The position numbers were made by a program, and so were the translations under genes. This document shows positions 23,840 to 37,423 of a stretch of DNA of 64,000 nt, piece by piece. A model generated the notes under the pieces. That model saw nothing but the letters and a program-made list of their open reading frames with translations. It was not told where the DNA came from and ran no database searches. The DNA is from Octopus vulgaris (lineage: Eukaryota): contig OX597820.1 of assembly GCA_951406725.2 (NCBI GenBank), forward strand, positions 110,608,001-110,672,000. Reading direction: 5' to 3'. Within the stretch, counting starts at the first letter, position 1. Every line of letters begins with the position of its first letter.

Positions 23840-26033
23840 TTTGAAATAATTCTCCTTTTTGAAAATTTTCCAACAAGGGAAATAACTGATACTAATTCCC
23901 CTCAACTTCGGGGAAAGTGGAAAGTAAAATAAATTTAAAAAAAGAGACGAATGAGGTTAATTATGTTGGAAATTTCTATTTAAAACATTCAACATCGAAA
24001 TAATTGACGGTGAATATGTATCACTATTAGTTTGTTGACGAACCAATGTTTTTTTGTTGTTGTTTTTTCTCAGCCTGCTAGATAACCAAACAAAAAGTAA
24101 AAGATATGTTCATGCATTGCACAGCCTAACTCTGTCCTTTCTTTAATTACAAGGACACCTCCTTTAACTGCAACCCAACAAGGCAAACAGTTCTAGCAGT
24201 GTCCTTAGAGATCTAATCTATTTCAAAGATGAATATCATAAACAGTAATCCTTTGGACTGTTAGTTTTGTGTACATTGTAGTGTGTAACAGATTTTTCTC
24301 TGAAGTGGGCTTTTATCAAATTTTGTTTGTATCTCAGACTTTCTTCTGTATATTAGAGTCATATAAACTGTTAATTTTAACTACATACAAACTTTTGTGT
24401 AACTGATTCCATCTTAGACATTTACCAAAGCTTTAGACTTAAGGGAGTATAGTAGAACATTCATAAGTAGATTAGTATGTTCCTTGAATAAAGGCCGAAA
24501 ATTTGGTTTTAAGGAGCAGCAATTCACAAGGATGTTCAAAGTTGTTTGTTGTTTTCCTAAATTACTGCAAATGTTAATGTGCAATGTGATTACTAGTGAC
24601 TAAGATAATCAAGGCTGCAGGTAACAATGAGAATATGAAAACATTGCATTATTTGAGTAAACTGAATGCTTGATCTAATTAATTGCAGTTACATTTGAAT
24701 TTAGAAAAATTTAAGTTTATATTTAGACTTAGCTTACCTGACATACCAAAGGAAAGATGTTATCCTTAAAGCTGGAGAAGAAATAATATAAAGGCTGGAA
24801 ATTTTAACATCATTTGTAGGAGAATAAAAAGTATGTTGTCAAACACTCCTTTTCAATACTCTTTAAGTGTAAGGTGAAACTACATATGCACATATGTTAT
24901 CCCCAAATTATATCAATATGATTTGAGGGTTTACATTTCACGAATTTGATTCTTGTCGAAAATGCATAAAGAAAAGTCGCTAAAATGGTTGTAGCTTTAC
25001 AAAGACTGGCAGTACAAGACTAGATTTAAATGCTTAGTTTACCTTAATACTTCTGAAAAGAGGAGATATGATGCATAAAAAGTTTTCCCCACAAAGAACC
25101 CTCTAGATCTTGGAATTTCATTTGTCATCAATAAGTGGTCATTTATGTAAATGATTTAAGAATTGAGGCATCAAGGTAATAGTATGCAAACCTTATCAAA
25201 CAGGGTGCATGTAAACTGGAATCAATCATATGGAAGGTGTGGAGTTGAAGACAATGAGCTTAATATATAGAAAGAGTGACTTATGAATATGTTGGCATTT
25301 ACAATCTTTGATAAAAAAAAATTGTGAAGCATATGGAGCTTTAATATGAAACCACAAATTAACAACCATGCAAAGTTTCTAGATTTTCAGAATATTTTGG
25401 TTGATCTGAATGTTATACTACTTACCTCTCTACACAACTACCTGTAACAAGAGTGGTGGGGCGAAGAAGGGGTGGTGGAGGAAGGTTACCGATGGAAGTA
25501 GAGAGGAGAGCTGAAGAAGAGTGTTAATACTAGAGAAAGGGGATTGGTTGGTGAGGGAGGCAATGGTGGGGGGGGGGGGGGGAGACAGGAGGCGATGGTG
25601 GCAGGCTGGTTATTATAGGAGTTGTGGGGTGAATAAAGGGATGAGCAGGACTAATACCACGGGGGAGAGATAGGGGATATTATTTAATTTTCCTAGAATG
25701 TGATGGAGGAGGTGGGAAACAAGAGTGGGAAGGCTGGTAGGGTGTGATGAAATCATTAAACTATGCTGGTCTCCTGGATACTCACTGCATGGCTCAAAAC
25801 TTTGTTATTTCTTTACTGCCTACAAGGGGCTACACACAGAGGGAACATTTCACTTTGTTTTTCCTCCCCTTCAGTAGACTGCCAATGCAAAGTCCAGCCA
25901 TGTGTACACACACACACATATATATTATGCTTGTGTACACACACACACATATATTATGCTTGTGTACACACACACACATATATAGATGTATGTGTACACA
26001 CACAAACATGTATGTATGTAGTGTACATATATA

Positions 26034-26659
26034 CGAGGTGGTATCAAAAGGTTCTTGGACTAGTTATGTTTAATAAAGAATAACTTATTTACCTAAGTTT
26101 TAACATCATCACCGTCAAAATAGTCACCTTGCATGGCAATACACTGGTCCCAGTGTTCCTGCCACTTTTGGAATCTGGCCAGGAAGTTGCTTTCTGTAAG
26201 CAGGTCAGGGACCTTCTGCGATTCACTCAGGATCTTGATTGATAGTCTGACACTGGGGGATGAATTTTCAAAGCACAATACTACATTTCTAGGGATGCTT
26301 GTAGCAGGTCTTCCAGATTGCTCATCATCTTCCTGGAAGGTTCTTCTGTTTTTGAGGTTCCCATGCCACACAAACCATTGCATTGTCATTGTAAGCTTGC
26401 CAAAGCATGCTTAATGTCTCTGTAGCAGACTTCCCAAGTTAAACGCAAAATTTCATGTTGGCTCTTTGTTCCTATCCATGACAAAATCTCAAAATCTCAC
26501 ATGATCACAAAAACACAAATTTCACGACTTGTGAAGTAAACACAGTGATATCACTCAGCACACTGCCTCATGAAGGTCATAGCTAGCTCTCACTGCACAC
26601 ATAACTTTATCTGTCATCTAGGGGCACACTACAGAACTAGCCCGGAAACATTTTGATAT
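26034..26659 (-). mobile_element. Internally deleted mariner element
   Basis: TA|CGAGG..tatcaaaaggttcttggactagtt is inverted at aactagcccggaaacattttgata. The ORF has 'DDEQSGRPATS' and 'FQKWQEHWDQCIAMQGDYFDGD'. Confidence 0.8.
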
Positions 26660-27378
26660 AGGTGAAGATAAACTTGGGAATGGATGCATCATGTTCAATT
26701 AAATAAATAGATAAATAATATATACATACATACATTATATATATATATAATATTATATTATATATATATATATTTATATAATATTATATTATATTATATA
26801 TATATAATATAAAGTAAAGCTAAAACCACTATTATGCAACTCAGTGATAGACATAAACTAAAACATAAATAATAAATAAAATATATTTTCTATTGTTCTC
26901 AACGATATGTCTATCCTTCTGGATAGTTATAAAAGCAAGAGCCCCCAAGCAAAAATCAGTGGTCAAACAGTCCAACTCATGTCAGCATGGAAAACGGACG
27001 TTAAATGATGATGATCATCATCATCATTCAACATCCATTGTTCATGTTGGCATGGGTTGAACAGTTCAACCAGGGCTGGGAAACTGAGGGGCTGCACCAG
27101 AGTCCAGTCTGATTTAACATAGTTTCTATGGCTGGATGCCATTCATTCTGAGAGAGTAATGGGTGCTTTTATGTGTCACTGGCATGGATGCCAGTTGCGT
27201 GACACCAATATCTGCCATGACTACAATTTCACTTGACTTAATGGGTCTCCTACTCAAACATAGCATATTGCCAAAGGTGCTGGTCATTTGTCATTGCCTC
27301 TGTGAGACCTAATGCTTGAATATAGATATATATGCTCACAAATATGCATACATATCTATATACTTACCTGCCTACATG

Positions 27379-27415
<37 letters not shown>

Positions 27416-27416
<1 letters not shown>

Positions 27417-29320
27417 CATCATCATCATTTAATGTCTGTTGTCCATGCTGGCATGGATTGGATGGTTTGACCAGAGCTGGCAAACTGCTCCAGACTCCAG
27501 TCTGATTTGGCATGGTTTCTATGGCTTTCTAACGTCAACCACTTTACAGAGTATGCTGGGTGCTTTTACGTGACACTGTACAGGCATTGCCACAAACGCT
27601 TTACATCACCAGAAGAACCTGTCTTAATACTTCTGCTGCAGAGTAGGGTCTTCTTAAGCACAACATGGCCCCAGGCATCTCACCTAGAAAGGTTGTTCTT
27701 CATCCCATGTCTTCCATCTACTTTGAGATCTCAGTACTTCTTTCTGGAGCTGTTGGCACCCATCTGCATCACATGATCAAACCAGTCCAGTCTTCTCTCT
27801 TGTACACAGCAACTAATTCCTCTCTCAAAACACTAGCACTCTGCTGAACATGTACGCTTACGTTACACATCCAATGGAGCATATTAGCACCATTCCTTTC
27901 TAACCTTTACTTGTTCACTACATTCAGGGCCCATGTCTCACTACCATGTAGAATTGCTGTCCATATACATGCATCATGCAATCTTTCTTTCACTCAGAAA
28001 AGAAACCTTTTGTGCCAGCAGAGGTAACAACTCTCTGAATATCCTCCATCCTTTCCTTATTCTAGTTACACACTCTCCATGCATCCTCCCCCACTACTAA
28101 TTTGGTCCCCTAGGTAGCAGAAATTATCTACTAGCTCTAATGAGCCACTAGAGCATTTGAGAGAATCAATTTACTGAGTCTCTAAAGTTTTTATGGATCC
28201 TGTGCATCTTCCACGTATGAAAACTAACCTCTCTGATAACCTTCTTATTAATCCACTGTACCTCTTGTGTATCCATAGCTTACACTGTATGGAGTTCCAA
28301 CTTACACCTTTCCTACAAATCGAACAGGGCCACCTACCTGAAGGTGGGTAGTGTCCTGTCAGTTTTCCTACTTAGTAGCACCTTAGTCTTTGCTAAGTTA
28401 ACCTTAAGGCCCTTAGATTCGAGATTTTGCTTCCACACCTAGATTTTCTCATCTAGTTCTGATATCGACTCTGTCATGAGGGCAAGATCATCAGCAGTTC
28501 CCAGGTGCTGCTGGTCTTGAATTCCTCCATTATGGCCTGGAGGACAGTGATGAAAAGGAGGGGACTAAGGACTGAGCCTAAATGAACCCCTACCTGTACA
28601 CCAAATTCTTTGCTGTACTTGTGGTTAGCTCTCACGTTACTGATAGCATCTTTGTACATAGCCTGTACAGCTTTCACCAAATGCTCATCTATCCTTAGCC
28701 TCCTCAGAGCCCACCATATCACCCAGTGGGGCACTTTATTGAAGGCTTTCCCTAGATCAACGAATGCCAAGTATAAAGTTTATTCTTAGCTAAATACTTC
28801 TCTTGCAGCTAACAATTATGCTGCTACGCCAGTCACTGGGTATTACATCTTTCTGAATGATCTGATTGACTATGCAGGTGACTAGCCCATATCCTACCTT
28901 ACTGGATATTTTGAGTATCTCAGCTGTGAATCTGGATGGACCAGGGGCATTCCTGGTTTTTGTGTTTTAATTGACTTATCTATCATACTGTTGTCCACTA
29001 GGATAGCTGGTCCCTCTGTTGGGTTAACATGAGGGAGACTTCCTTTATACCATTCATTCTCTACATTCAACAGTCTCACATAGTAACTTTTCCATGCCTC
29101 TTTTTTGTCTCATATCACTAAGTGCAAGCATACCATTATCTATCAGCACACACTTCTCTCCTACAATATTTTGAGTCTCACAGACACACTGTCTAGCAAT
29201 CTGGAACATTTCAAGTCTCTTATCTTCACACAGTAGGACATAGACAAACCTATTCTTTGCTGCTTCTACTCTAGCTAGATAGACCTGATGTCTAGCCTCA
29301 CATACACAGGAAGCACGCAA
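27416..29320 (-). mobile_element. Degenerate RTE LINE (5'-truncated)
   Basis: AFVDLGKAFNKVP..GVHLGSVLSPLLF..WELL in broken frames, collinear with 56322-58915. (TGA)n tail. Confidence 0.85.
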
Positions 29321-29963
29321 GACCGATGGAATACCTTATACAATTTCAGTTAGAACTTCAGATAAAGGAAAATCAAACAAAGAATATACAATAGAAACGA
29401 TGAAATATTTTAGAAGTCAACTCAAATTGATATTTCATAGCTTTATTTGATTTTTTTGAAAGAGATAACTCTATTTCAATGATTTAACTTTAATAATAAC
29501 AAATGCAGTAGTTCATATAAAAAAATCATTTGGATGATGAGATTAAAATTATGGTTAAAATAAAAGCATTGATTTACAAATCTCATCTTGAAAATATTTA
29601 TAAGCACTTCTCATGAATCATTGTCTGGAAACTTGTTCCTGTAATATACAGATATGAATTAAAAAGAACAGGATGACAGCTCAATAACAAACTTTCATCT
29701 GGTTTTCCTATATTTGTGGCAATGGTCTTTTCTAGTAATGTTCCATGGAAAGAAAAGAGACCAGGATATTAAAGGTATCAATCTACTCACTAACTTCTTT
29801 GCACTTTATAGCTAGAAGGCTTAGCTGTTTCATTTATGAAATACCCAGTGGTTGCCTTGAAAACACAACTGAAATGGCAAGAATGTCCTCCATAGCAATC
29901 TGTCAGACAGTGTTATTACTGAAGGTATTTTTATGACATGTATCTTTGCAGTAAAGTTTGTCT

Positions 29964-31580
29964 TCAGGTATGCATTTGTGTGTGAGTAGTTAAATTACCT
30001 TTTTGAGAAAATGATTTTCCACAGATATCACAATGGTATGGTCTATCACGAGTGTGTTTCCATTTATGACTAGATAAGTGAACATTCTGAGAGAATGTTT
30101 TACTACAAACATTACATTGGTATGGTCTATCTCCTGTGTGTACACGTTTATGACAAGACAGATTACCCCTCTGAGAGAATGTTTTACCACAAACATCACA
30201 GTGATATGGTCTATCTCCTGTGTGAATACGTTTATGACATGATAGTTCACTACTTATGGAAAATGCTTTATTGCAGATATCACAATGGTATGGTTTTTCT
30301 CCTGTATGAATACGTTTGTGACAAATTAAACTACCACTCTTAGAGAATGTTTTACCACAAATATCGCAGTGGTATGGTCTGTCTCCTGTGTGTACACGTA
30401 TATGGCTGGATAACTCACCATTCTGAGCAAATGTTTTACCACAAATATCACAGTGATATGGTTTCTCTCCAGTGTGAACGCGACTGTGACGAAATAAATG
30501 AGCATTCATTGAAAACGTTTTGCCACAGATATCACAGTGATGCTCACCCTTTCCAGCATGGGTTTGTTTGTGACGAGTTAACTGATTAGTAAGAGAGAAT
30601 GTTTTACCACAGATATCACAGCAATGTGGTTTCTTACCTGTATGGAGGTGTTGGTGACAAGTTAATGCATTCTTTCGAGAGAACGTTTCCCCACAAACAT
30701 CACAATGGTATGGTTTTTCTCCAGTGTGAATACGTTTATGACTAGATAAGCTACCGCTTGCGGTGAATGTTTTACCACAGATATCACAGTAGTAGGGCCT
30801 GTCACCAGTGTGGATACGTTTATGGCGAGATAAACTACCACTCACAGAGAATGTTTTACCACAGATACCACAGTGGTATGGCCGGTCCCCTGTGTGTATC
30901 CTCTCATGACTGTATAAATTACTACTCTGAGAGAATCTTTTGTTACAGATATCACAATGATATGGCTTGTCTCCAGTGTGTTTTCGTTTGTGACGAGCTA
31001 GTTCACCATTGCAAGTGAATTTTTTGCCACAAATATCACAAGAACATGGTCTCTCTCCAGTGTGAGTACGTTTATGAGCTGTCAAATTTCCACTTGCAGA
31101 GAATGTTTTGCCACAGATATCACAATGAAATGGTTCTTCACCAGTGTGAATACGTTTATGAGAATACAGTGTACTATTTGATGTGAAGGTTTTACCACAG
31201 ATATCACAGTGGTATGGTTTCTCTCCTGTGTGAATACGTCTATGAGAGTTCAATGAACTATTTGTAGTAAATCTTTTACCACAGATTTCACAAGGATAAG
31301 GTTTTGAGCCTGTGTGAATTAGTTTATGTTGAATTAAGTTACTAACTCTTGCAAATGTCTTTGCACAAATGTCACAGCAGTATGGTTTCTCTCCAGTGTG
31401 AGTACGTTTGTGTTCAGTAAGGTGACTGCTTTTTATGAACATCTTCCCACAGATACCACATGGGTATGGTCTCTCTTTTGAATCTTTCAAGGTGTCACAA
31501 AATAAATCTTTATTCTTATATTTAGTTTCTTTGTGAACATGGCTTTTACATAGCTTATTTGCCATAATTTCCACTGTAGT
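29964..31580 (-). CDS. C2H2 zinc-finger protein with 18 tandem fingers (main exon)
   Basis: Uninterrupted ORF with 18 CxxC..F..L..HxxxH units and TGEKPY/TGDRPY linkers. Acceptor ttttatag at 31581. First in-exon ATG at 31565. No KRAB/SCAN/BTB domain visible. Confidence 0.93.
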   Translation of the reverse strand, partial: TTVEIMANKLCKSHVHKETKYKNKDLFCDTLKDSKERPYPCGICGKMFIKSSHLTEHKRTHTGEKPYCCDICAKTFARVSNLIQHKLIHTGSKPYPCEICGKRFTTNSSLNSHRRIHTGEKPYHCDICGKTFTSNSTLYSHKRIHTGEEPFHCDICGKTFSASGNLTAHKRTHTGERPCSCDICGKKFTCNGELARHKRKHTGDKPYHCDICNKRFSQSSNLYSHERIHTGDRPYHCGICGKTFSVSGSLSRHKRIHTGDRPYYCDICGKTFTASGSLSSHKRIHTGEKPYHCDVCGETFSRKNALTCHQHLHTGKKPHCCDICGKTFSLTNQLTRHKQTHAGKGEHHCDICGKTFSMNAHLFRHSRVHTGEKPYHCDICGKTFAQNGELSSHIRVHTGDRPYHCDICGKTFSKSGSLICHKRIHTGEKPYHCDICNKAFSISSELSCHKRIHTGDRPYHCDVCGKTFSQRGNLSCHKRVHTGDRPYQCNVCSKTFSQNVHLSSHKWKHTRDRPYHCDICGKSFSQKGNLTTHTQMHT

Positions 31581-32476
31581 CTATAAAATAGACTACAAAT
31601 GACTTATTTGTTGGTTCACATTAAAAATTTCTAACAAATGACATGTATTAAATCCTATTTTCTTAAAAAGTAAAACTTGCAAAAATTTGTAAAATATTGG
31701 CAAAATTTGGTGTTGGTGCAGCCATAAGGAAACACAAGCTAGATTCCTCTGCTGGGTTTAATATTGTAATAATCAGAAAGCAAATAAAGAGTAACTAATC
31801 TCCAGCTATCAAACTTTATAAATGAAACTTCAAAAACAAACACATTAGGCTCTTCCATGTTAGTAAAGGACATGTGACTAGGTGCTGTTTCTAGTGTGAT
31901 AAGAGGACAGACATAAATTACAACCTGGGACATGAAATATATTACTAATGAATACCTAATACAAGTTCTCTAACTATTCACACAATGAGATGCCAACAGC
32001 AGGATATGAACAAACCACCCAAGAATATCCAAAGACCATTTTGCCTCAGATGCAATCCAACTGAATATTTAGAGAAAATTTCTCAAGTCACACAAATTAT
32101 CTCCAGTCAAGGTAGGAAATCTTTCCATTTATAATTCACTGAAAATATTTCACAGTCAAGGTTTTAAAAACAGCATCACATATGTTCTTGATCATTTCAT
32201 AAGTTCACTGTGGCATCTTGGGGTGATAAATTCCCATCTCAATGTCACCAGATACTCTGAAACAAGTATAAAATATAAAGAACAAATGTTAACGGGAGTT
32301 ATTGGTAAGTATAAAATTGATCCAGTATGAAAAGTTAGGTAAGTAAGAAAGAAATGGAAAATATCTACAAAACAAAACCTCAATAGTATGGACATGTAGT
32401 GGAAATGAATGAGAACTGAGTGAAATATAAACTTTCTCTGAGAATGTCCAAATTCTTCAGGAAAATGTAGACTTAC

Positions 32477-32506
32477 CTCCTGAGTATGGTAATTCTTCAT
32501 TCTCAT
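32477..32506 (-). CDS. Probable short first coding exon of the zinc-finger gene (MRMKNYHTQE)
   Basis: Exon of about 32525-32477 with a ttttacag acceptor and a strong GAG|gtaagt donor. Splices in phase 0 to ACT ACA GTG GAA ATT ATG at 31580. Confidence 0.55.
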
Positions 32507-33519
32507 TTGACTAAATTTTAGACAACTGTAAAACCATGTGATATTATCTTATCTCTTTCAATATCTTAGTTCACTGAATTATTATTGATGTTGGCCTTAT
32601 CTCATTAATTTGCAGAAGACTTACACTTCCATACTATCATTATGTTATTTTGGTCAAAACAAAACCAACAAAATGCTTGAATTTTCTGGAATTGTCAATG
32701 ATAAATATTTAACAGTAACACTTTCGGATATAGAAAAAACAAAAGCTTTATATAATTTATAAAACAAACAAGTCCCCAAATTGTCCTCACCCTTGCTTCT
32801 AATCAGAGAAGGTTATTTGGTGGAATTCTGCTGTAACACCCCATATAACCTCTCATAAAAGAAAATTTTTCGAATTAAGAAAAAAAAGTTTTTTCTTAAT
32901 TTTTTTTGGGGGGGAATTTCTTTAAAAATCATAATTTAGAATATGGAGAGCCTGAATTTTTTGCTTAAATCTCAGCAATAGACCATTAAATGTGTTTATG
33001 GGGAGAAAAGAACATCAATATGTCAGAGTAACAAGAAATGAGGAGGGTAGTTTCAGGTGGTTGTGAGATGTGCTAAAAATAGCACTAAATATCCCTTAAA
33101 TTACACACAAAAATTTGTTTTTTCTTTTCATAATCGTAAGAATTCTTGTGTAGAGCACAAATTTGCAAAAATTTTCTGAAAATTCCCCAAAATAAAAAAA
33201 GTTATGAGGGGTTATAAGGGGTGCTTCCACCAATTAGGGATGACTTCTCTTCAACTTTTGACAGTCTAGGCAACCCGCCCAGTCATAAATGTTGAAATTG
33301 ATCTAATTTTTCATATCATGTACTGACTCATGTTGTAGTACAATCTTAGATTAGCTCAGACTGAACAAACCAGTGATTAAAAAACATTCCTGTCACAACT
33401 ATTTTTTATTTGGCTGTATTATTACTGTATCCTAAAAGCCTGTAGGCTGTGATACGGGAAAAATTTCAGAGCTATTTCTGGCAGGTTGAATGATATCTTT
33501 AGAGTGCGTGAGTAGTTTT

Positions 33520-36300
33520 GTTTGACCTCTCTTAGTGTTCGTATATTAATTCTTTATGCACATTTTATCCCATCATCTATAAGTGAAGTTGGGTAGTGTC
33601 TGTTGACAAGTATGTTTTTAAGTTGTTGTAATCGAGTTCTCTGGTGTTTTTTTCCAACACTATAGAGCAGATTCTTCTCACTAGATTCATCATCATCGTT
33701 TAGCGTCCGTTTTAAACGATGATGATGATGATGATGATGAATCTAGTGAGAAGAATCTGCACTATAGTGTTGGGAAAAAAAAAACACCAGAGAACTCGAT
33801 TACAACAACTTTGAATGGGATATTTATTTTAATATGTCTCGGGTGGCATGAGCTAAATAATAAATATTGTTTCAAGTCTATAGTTTTGTAAAATATGTTG
33901 GTTTCTATTTACTTTTTTTGGTTAGTATATCTAGAAAAAGCGTTCCTTTTCTTGTGTTCCATTGTGAATTGTATTTATGCTATTGAGGAGTCTTGAATTC
34001 CAAAAGATTCTTCATGTTCTCATTCCATAGAATGAAACAGTCATCCAAATATCTTTTCCAATTTCCCTTTATGTATTTCCAATTTTTTGAGTGACTCCTG
34101 ATATACTGTTAGTTCCAAATAGCCCATTGTCAGGTTTGAAAGAACGGGGGCTGCCTTGGTTCCCATCACAACTCTAAATTTTTGTTGGTATACAGTAGTG
34201 TCAAACATGAAGTGATTTTGCTGGAGAATGAATTTTAATATGTTCTGGTATTTCTTCTGGATATTTTCCCAGCCTGAATTGAGTTGCTTCTAATCCATAA
34301 TTATGGGAGATATTAATATACAGGTTTACAACATCAAAAGAGACAGTGTTTTTTCCTTTACTCTTTCTGGGAAGTTATCATGTCCAAATCATCTCTAATG
34401 TAACTTAATATATTTTAGAAGTGGTTTCAAGAGGGTGTCAATGAAGTAACTCAGTCGGTGCATTTCACAGGATGGTCCAGCTATAATGGGCCTTAGTTTA
34501 AGGTCTCCTGGTGTTGGTACATGTATGTATATGACTTCAGTGATTTTTTAATTGCTTCATTTATAATATGGCTTTTATGAATTTTCAGTAAGCCATAAAA
34601 GAGGTTGGGTTTACATTTAAAGTTAGTTATGTAGCTTATTTCTTTTTTCATCAAGCCTTTTCCATGTAGTTGAACTAATATCGAGAGGCTTTTCATTATT
34701 CTTTGGGGATTGTAGTCTTCATTATTCAGTATGAATACTACTAGGTTTTTGTAGTAGTCCACATCCATCACTACTACTGCACTCCCTTTATTGGCTTCTT
34801 GAATAGTTAATACCTCATCATTTTGTAATTCAATTAACTCCTTCCACTGAGGAGTGCTGAAGCTTGAGTTAATTTTTTGTTTGTGTAGGGGAAGTTTTCA
34901 ACGTGGTTACAGAACTCATCGAGTGTTTTATTTCTTTGTATGTAATGTGGTTGCTTTTGTTTTTAAATAGTGAATCATCTTCGATATTAGAGTTAACTAG
35001 TGCTTCTGTAAGTCTTAGTTTTCTGCAGAATTCCATTATACTATTTTTAATTTAATTTTGGTTGGGTCTTTGTGGAGTTGGGGTGAATTTTAGCCCCTTT
35101 GAGAGTATATTGATCTTCGTTATTGATAGGAGTTAATAGGTTAATTACCTTTGGCTTTTCCTGTGTGTTATGTGCCAATGTGTGTCCCTGTTTCTCTGGT
35201 CTGGAGATAAAAAACGTTTGGGTTGTTGATGTGTCTGTTGGAATTTGAGTTAAAAGAGTGATGATATTGCTCTATCGACCTGTTGTCTGTGTTCATGTCT
35301 TAGGGTCCTTTGATTGCCATTGGGTACAGTGCTTTATGTCTTTTTCATTCCTGTTTGGTAATTAAAATTCGTAACTGTGCTGCAGTTTTTTCTGAAGTTT
35401 CTGGCTTGCCGAAAATCTTATTTCTAGTATTATTTTGTGTTTTTCCAAGGCTTATGGTTGGCTGGGAACTTTGAAGCATGGATCTAGTATTTTTATGCTG
35501 TGAGTGATCCCTATTTCTAGTGTGTAAACCGTTTTTTTCCTGGTGAGTGGTTAGTTCTGTGTCATTGTTTTCTTATGTATCCATAATTAAGGGTGGTTTG
35601 TTCTCTGTTCAATTCTTTATGATTATTTTTTACTGTCTTCATAAGGGATCATCCAAATTAAATTGTTTTTTTGAAGTTTGATTCATAGCCTTGGAAGAAA
35701 AATTCAGCATTGAAGGGAATTTCTTTCTTCAGCTTCACATGTTTCTATCCAAAGTTTAGAAATGTTTTCAAGAGGTTGTCCATTTGGCATGTTTATTCAG
35801 TTCCCTGTGCATTGTCGATGATTTTGTATTTTTCTTCATTGTTCGATGCTCTTAATCTAAGTAAGTTCTCTTTCTATTTTTATTTGATATAATGCAAATC
35901 TTTCTCTCACTTCTCTCTGTTCATCAAGTTCATTTGGGATTTTTATTTGCAGTTTGTTGGGGAGAACTCTTGGTATTGAACTCATCCAGCGTTTGTAAAT
36001 TTCTACCTTGTTGGAATCTTTAAGCATGTTCCAGAATGCGAATTTTCTGTTTCTAAGATCTGTGTTCCAAATGTTTTTGATTTTCCTTTTTGTTAGATGG
36101 ACTTGTGAGTTTCCTTTATTAGGAATTGTTCATTGTCTAGTTTGTTTGAGAAAATTGAGTTTGGTGCTGTGCATAAAAGGTTTAAATCTTTACTAATATG
36201 TTCCAAGTGGTGAGTTGTTTCTTTATTTCCTTTTTTTCTCATGACTCAGTAGGTTTGATGCCTCAGCTTTGTTGATTAAGGTATTTTTTATATCCAATAG
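33520..36300 (-). mobile_element. Penelope-like element, degenerate RT region
   Basis: Minus-strand fragments KGLKFTPTP, FYGLLKIHK, MGTKAAPVLSNLTMGYLE, WKRYLDDCF and SCHPRHIKINIPF. Many stops. Confidence 0.8.
33620..33811. repeat. Fold-back palindrome inside the Penelope-like element
   Basis: 33620-33702 is inverted at 33713-33811. The centre lies in a stub of the RTE (TGA)n tail. Confidence 0.9.
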
Positions 36301-37278
36301 ATTACCCCCACTACCACCACCTCCTTGAGCTATACTCTCCTGTATAACTGCAAAACTGTATCATACTTCCGTGAAATCAAATTTTTTTTCCATAATATGC
36401 AGCAAAATACAGAGATTATGATTCTGAAAAAAAAATTTCCAAAATTTTTTTTTTCTAAATATGCAGAAAAATACGGTCATTTTGATTCTGACAAAAATTT
36501 CAAAACATTTTTGTACTTACGGTTAGTGTTGGGGAAAAAAGTAAAAATTGAAGAAGTTGGTGGGTGGGAGATTTTCACAATGCCGATTTTGGGCAATTTT
36601 CCGGAACCTCCGTATCCGAAAACGGGGATTATTGACAAAAAAAAAAAAAAAAGAAAAAAATACACAAATTTGGGAGAAAGTGTGTGTGTGTGTGGGTCTT
36701 TGGGATTCCGTAAAAAAGATCAATATATATCCATTTTACCGGAAGTTATGACGGAAAAATCGGATCTTGTGATGTTCCGAAAGTCTCCTCCCCAACTCCA
36801 GGGTCGTCAGCGCGCACATACATGTTAACACCCCACCTCAGGCTGGTTAATTTTTTTTTTGTTCCTGGGTGAGGATCTTTATACTGACCCAGAAATCTGT
36901 AGCTATGCAACGATATAGTGGCTGACATTGTTTTTGGTCTAGTACTGAATATGTTCCCTTGTAAGTTGAGGATGTTAAAAGCCTGCACCATTTCGTGCAG
37001 AAAGGTTTTCTATCAACAAATAGAAACTGACAACAGGCCAACTTAGTTTTCGGGCGGAGGTAATACGTGCGCTACCCGTTTTCGGCGTAACAAAAACCCT
37101 AACTGTAACGCTAAACACTGGGCGTATGTATCCTTTTGCAAGTTTTCGAATATATTTTCTCATTATCTGAAGGTATTAAGCAGACATGTATTTCTAGTAT
37201 ATTGGTGGAGAAAACTCATTGGTAACACAGAATAAACTAAAATGGTACATTTGAACGACAACGGTATTAACTAACCTT

Positions 37279-37423
37279 TCAAATTCCGCCGAGGTCGACT
37301 TTGCCTTTCACCCTTTCGGGGTCGATAAATTAAGTACCAGTTACGCACTGGGGTCGATGTAATCGACTTAATCCGTTTGTCTGTCCCCTCTTTGTTTAAC
37401 CCCTTGTGGGTAGTAAAGAAATA
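37279..37423 (+). mobile_element. 5'-truncated SINE with a Deu/Nin-like central domain and a 16-bp TSD
   Basis: gccgaggtcgactttgcctttcaccctttcggggtcgataaattaagtacc. TSD ggtattaactaacctt at 37263-37278 and 37424-37439. Older copies at about 6320, 41960 and 45660-46080. Confidence 0.75.

Noticed and set aside
25450-25745. G-rich tract with a poly-G run as a regulatory G-quadruplex
   Set aside because: Low-complexity purine-rich DNA like 14650-15060, with no supporting context.
29990-31018. Alternative-frame and antisense ORFs over the zinc-finger exon
   Set aside because: They are shadows of the 84-bp finger periodicity.
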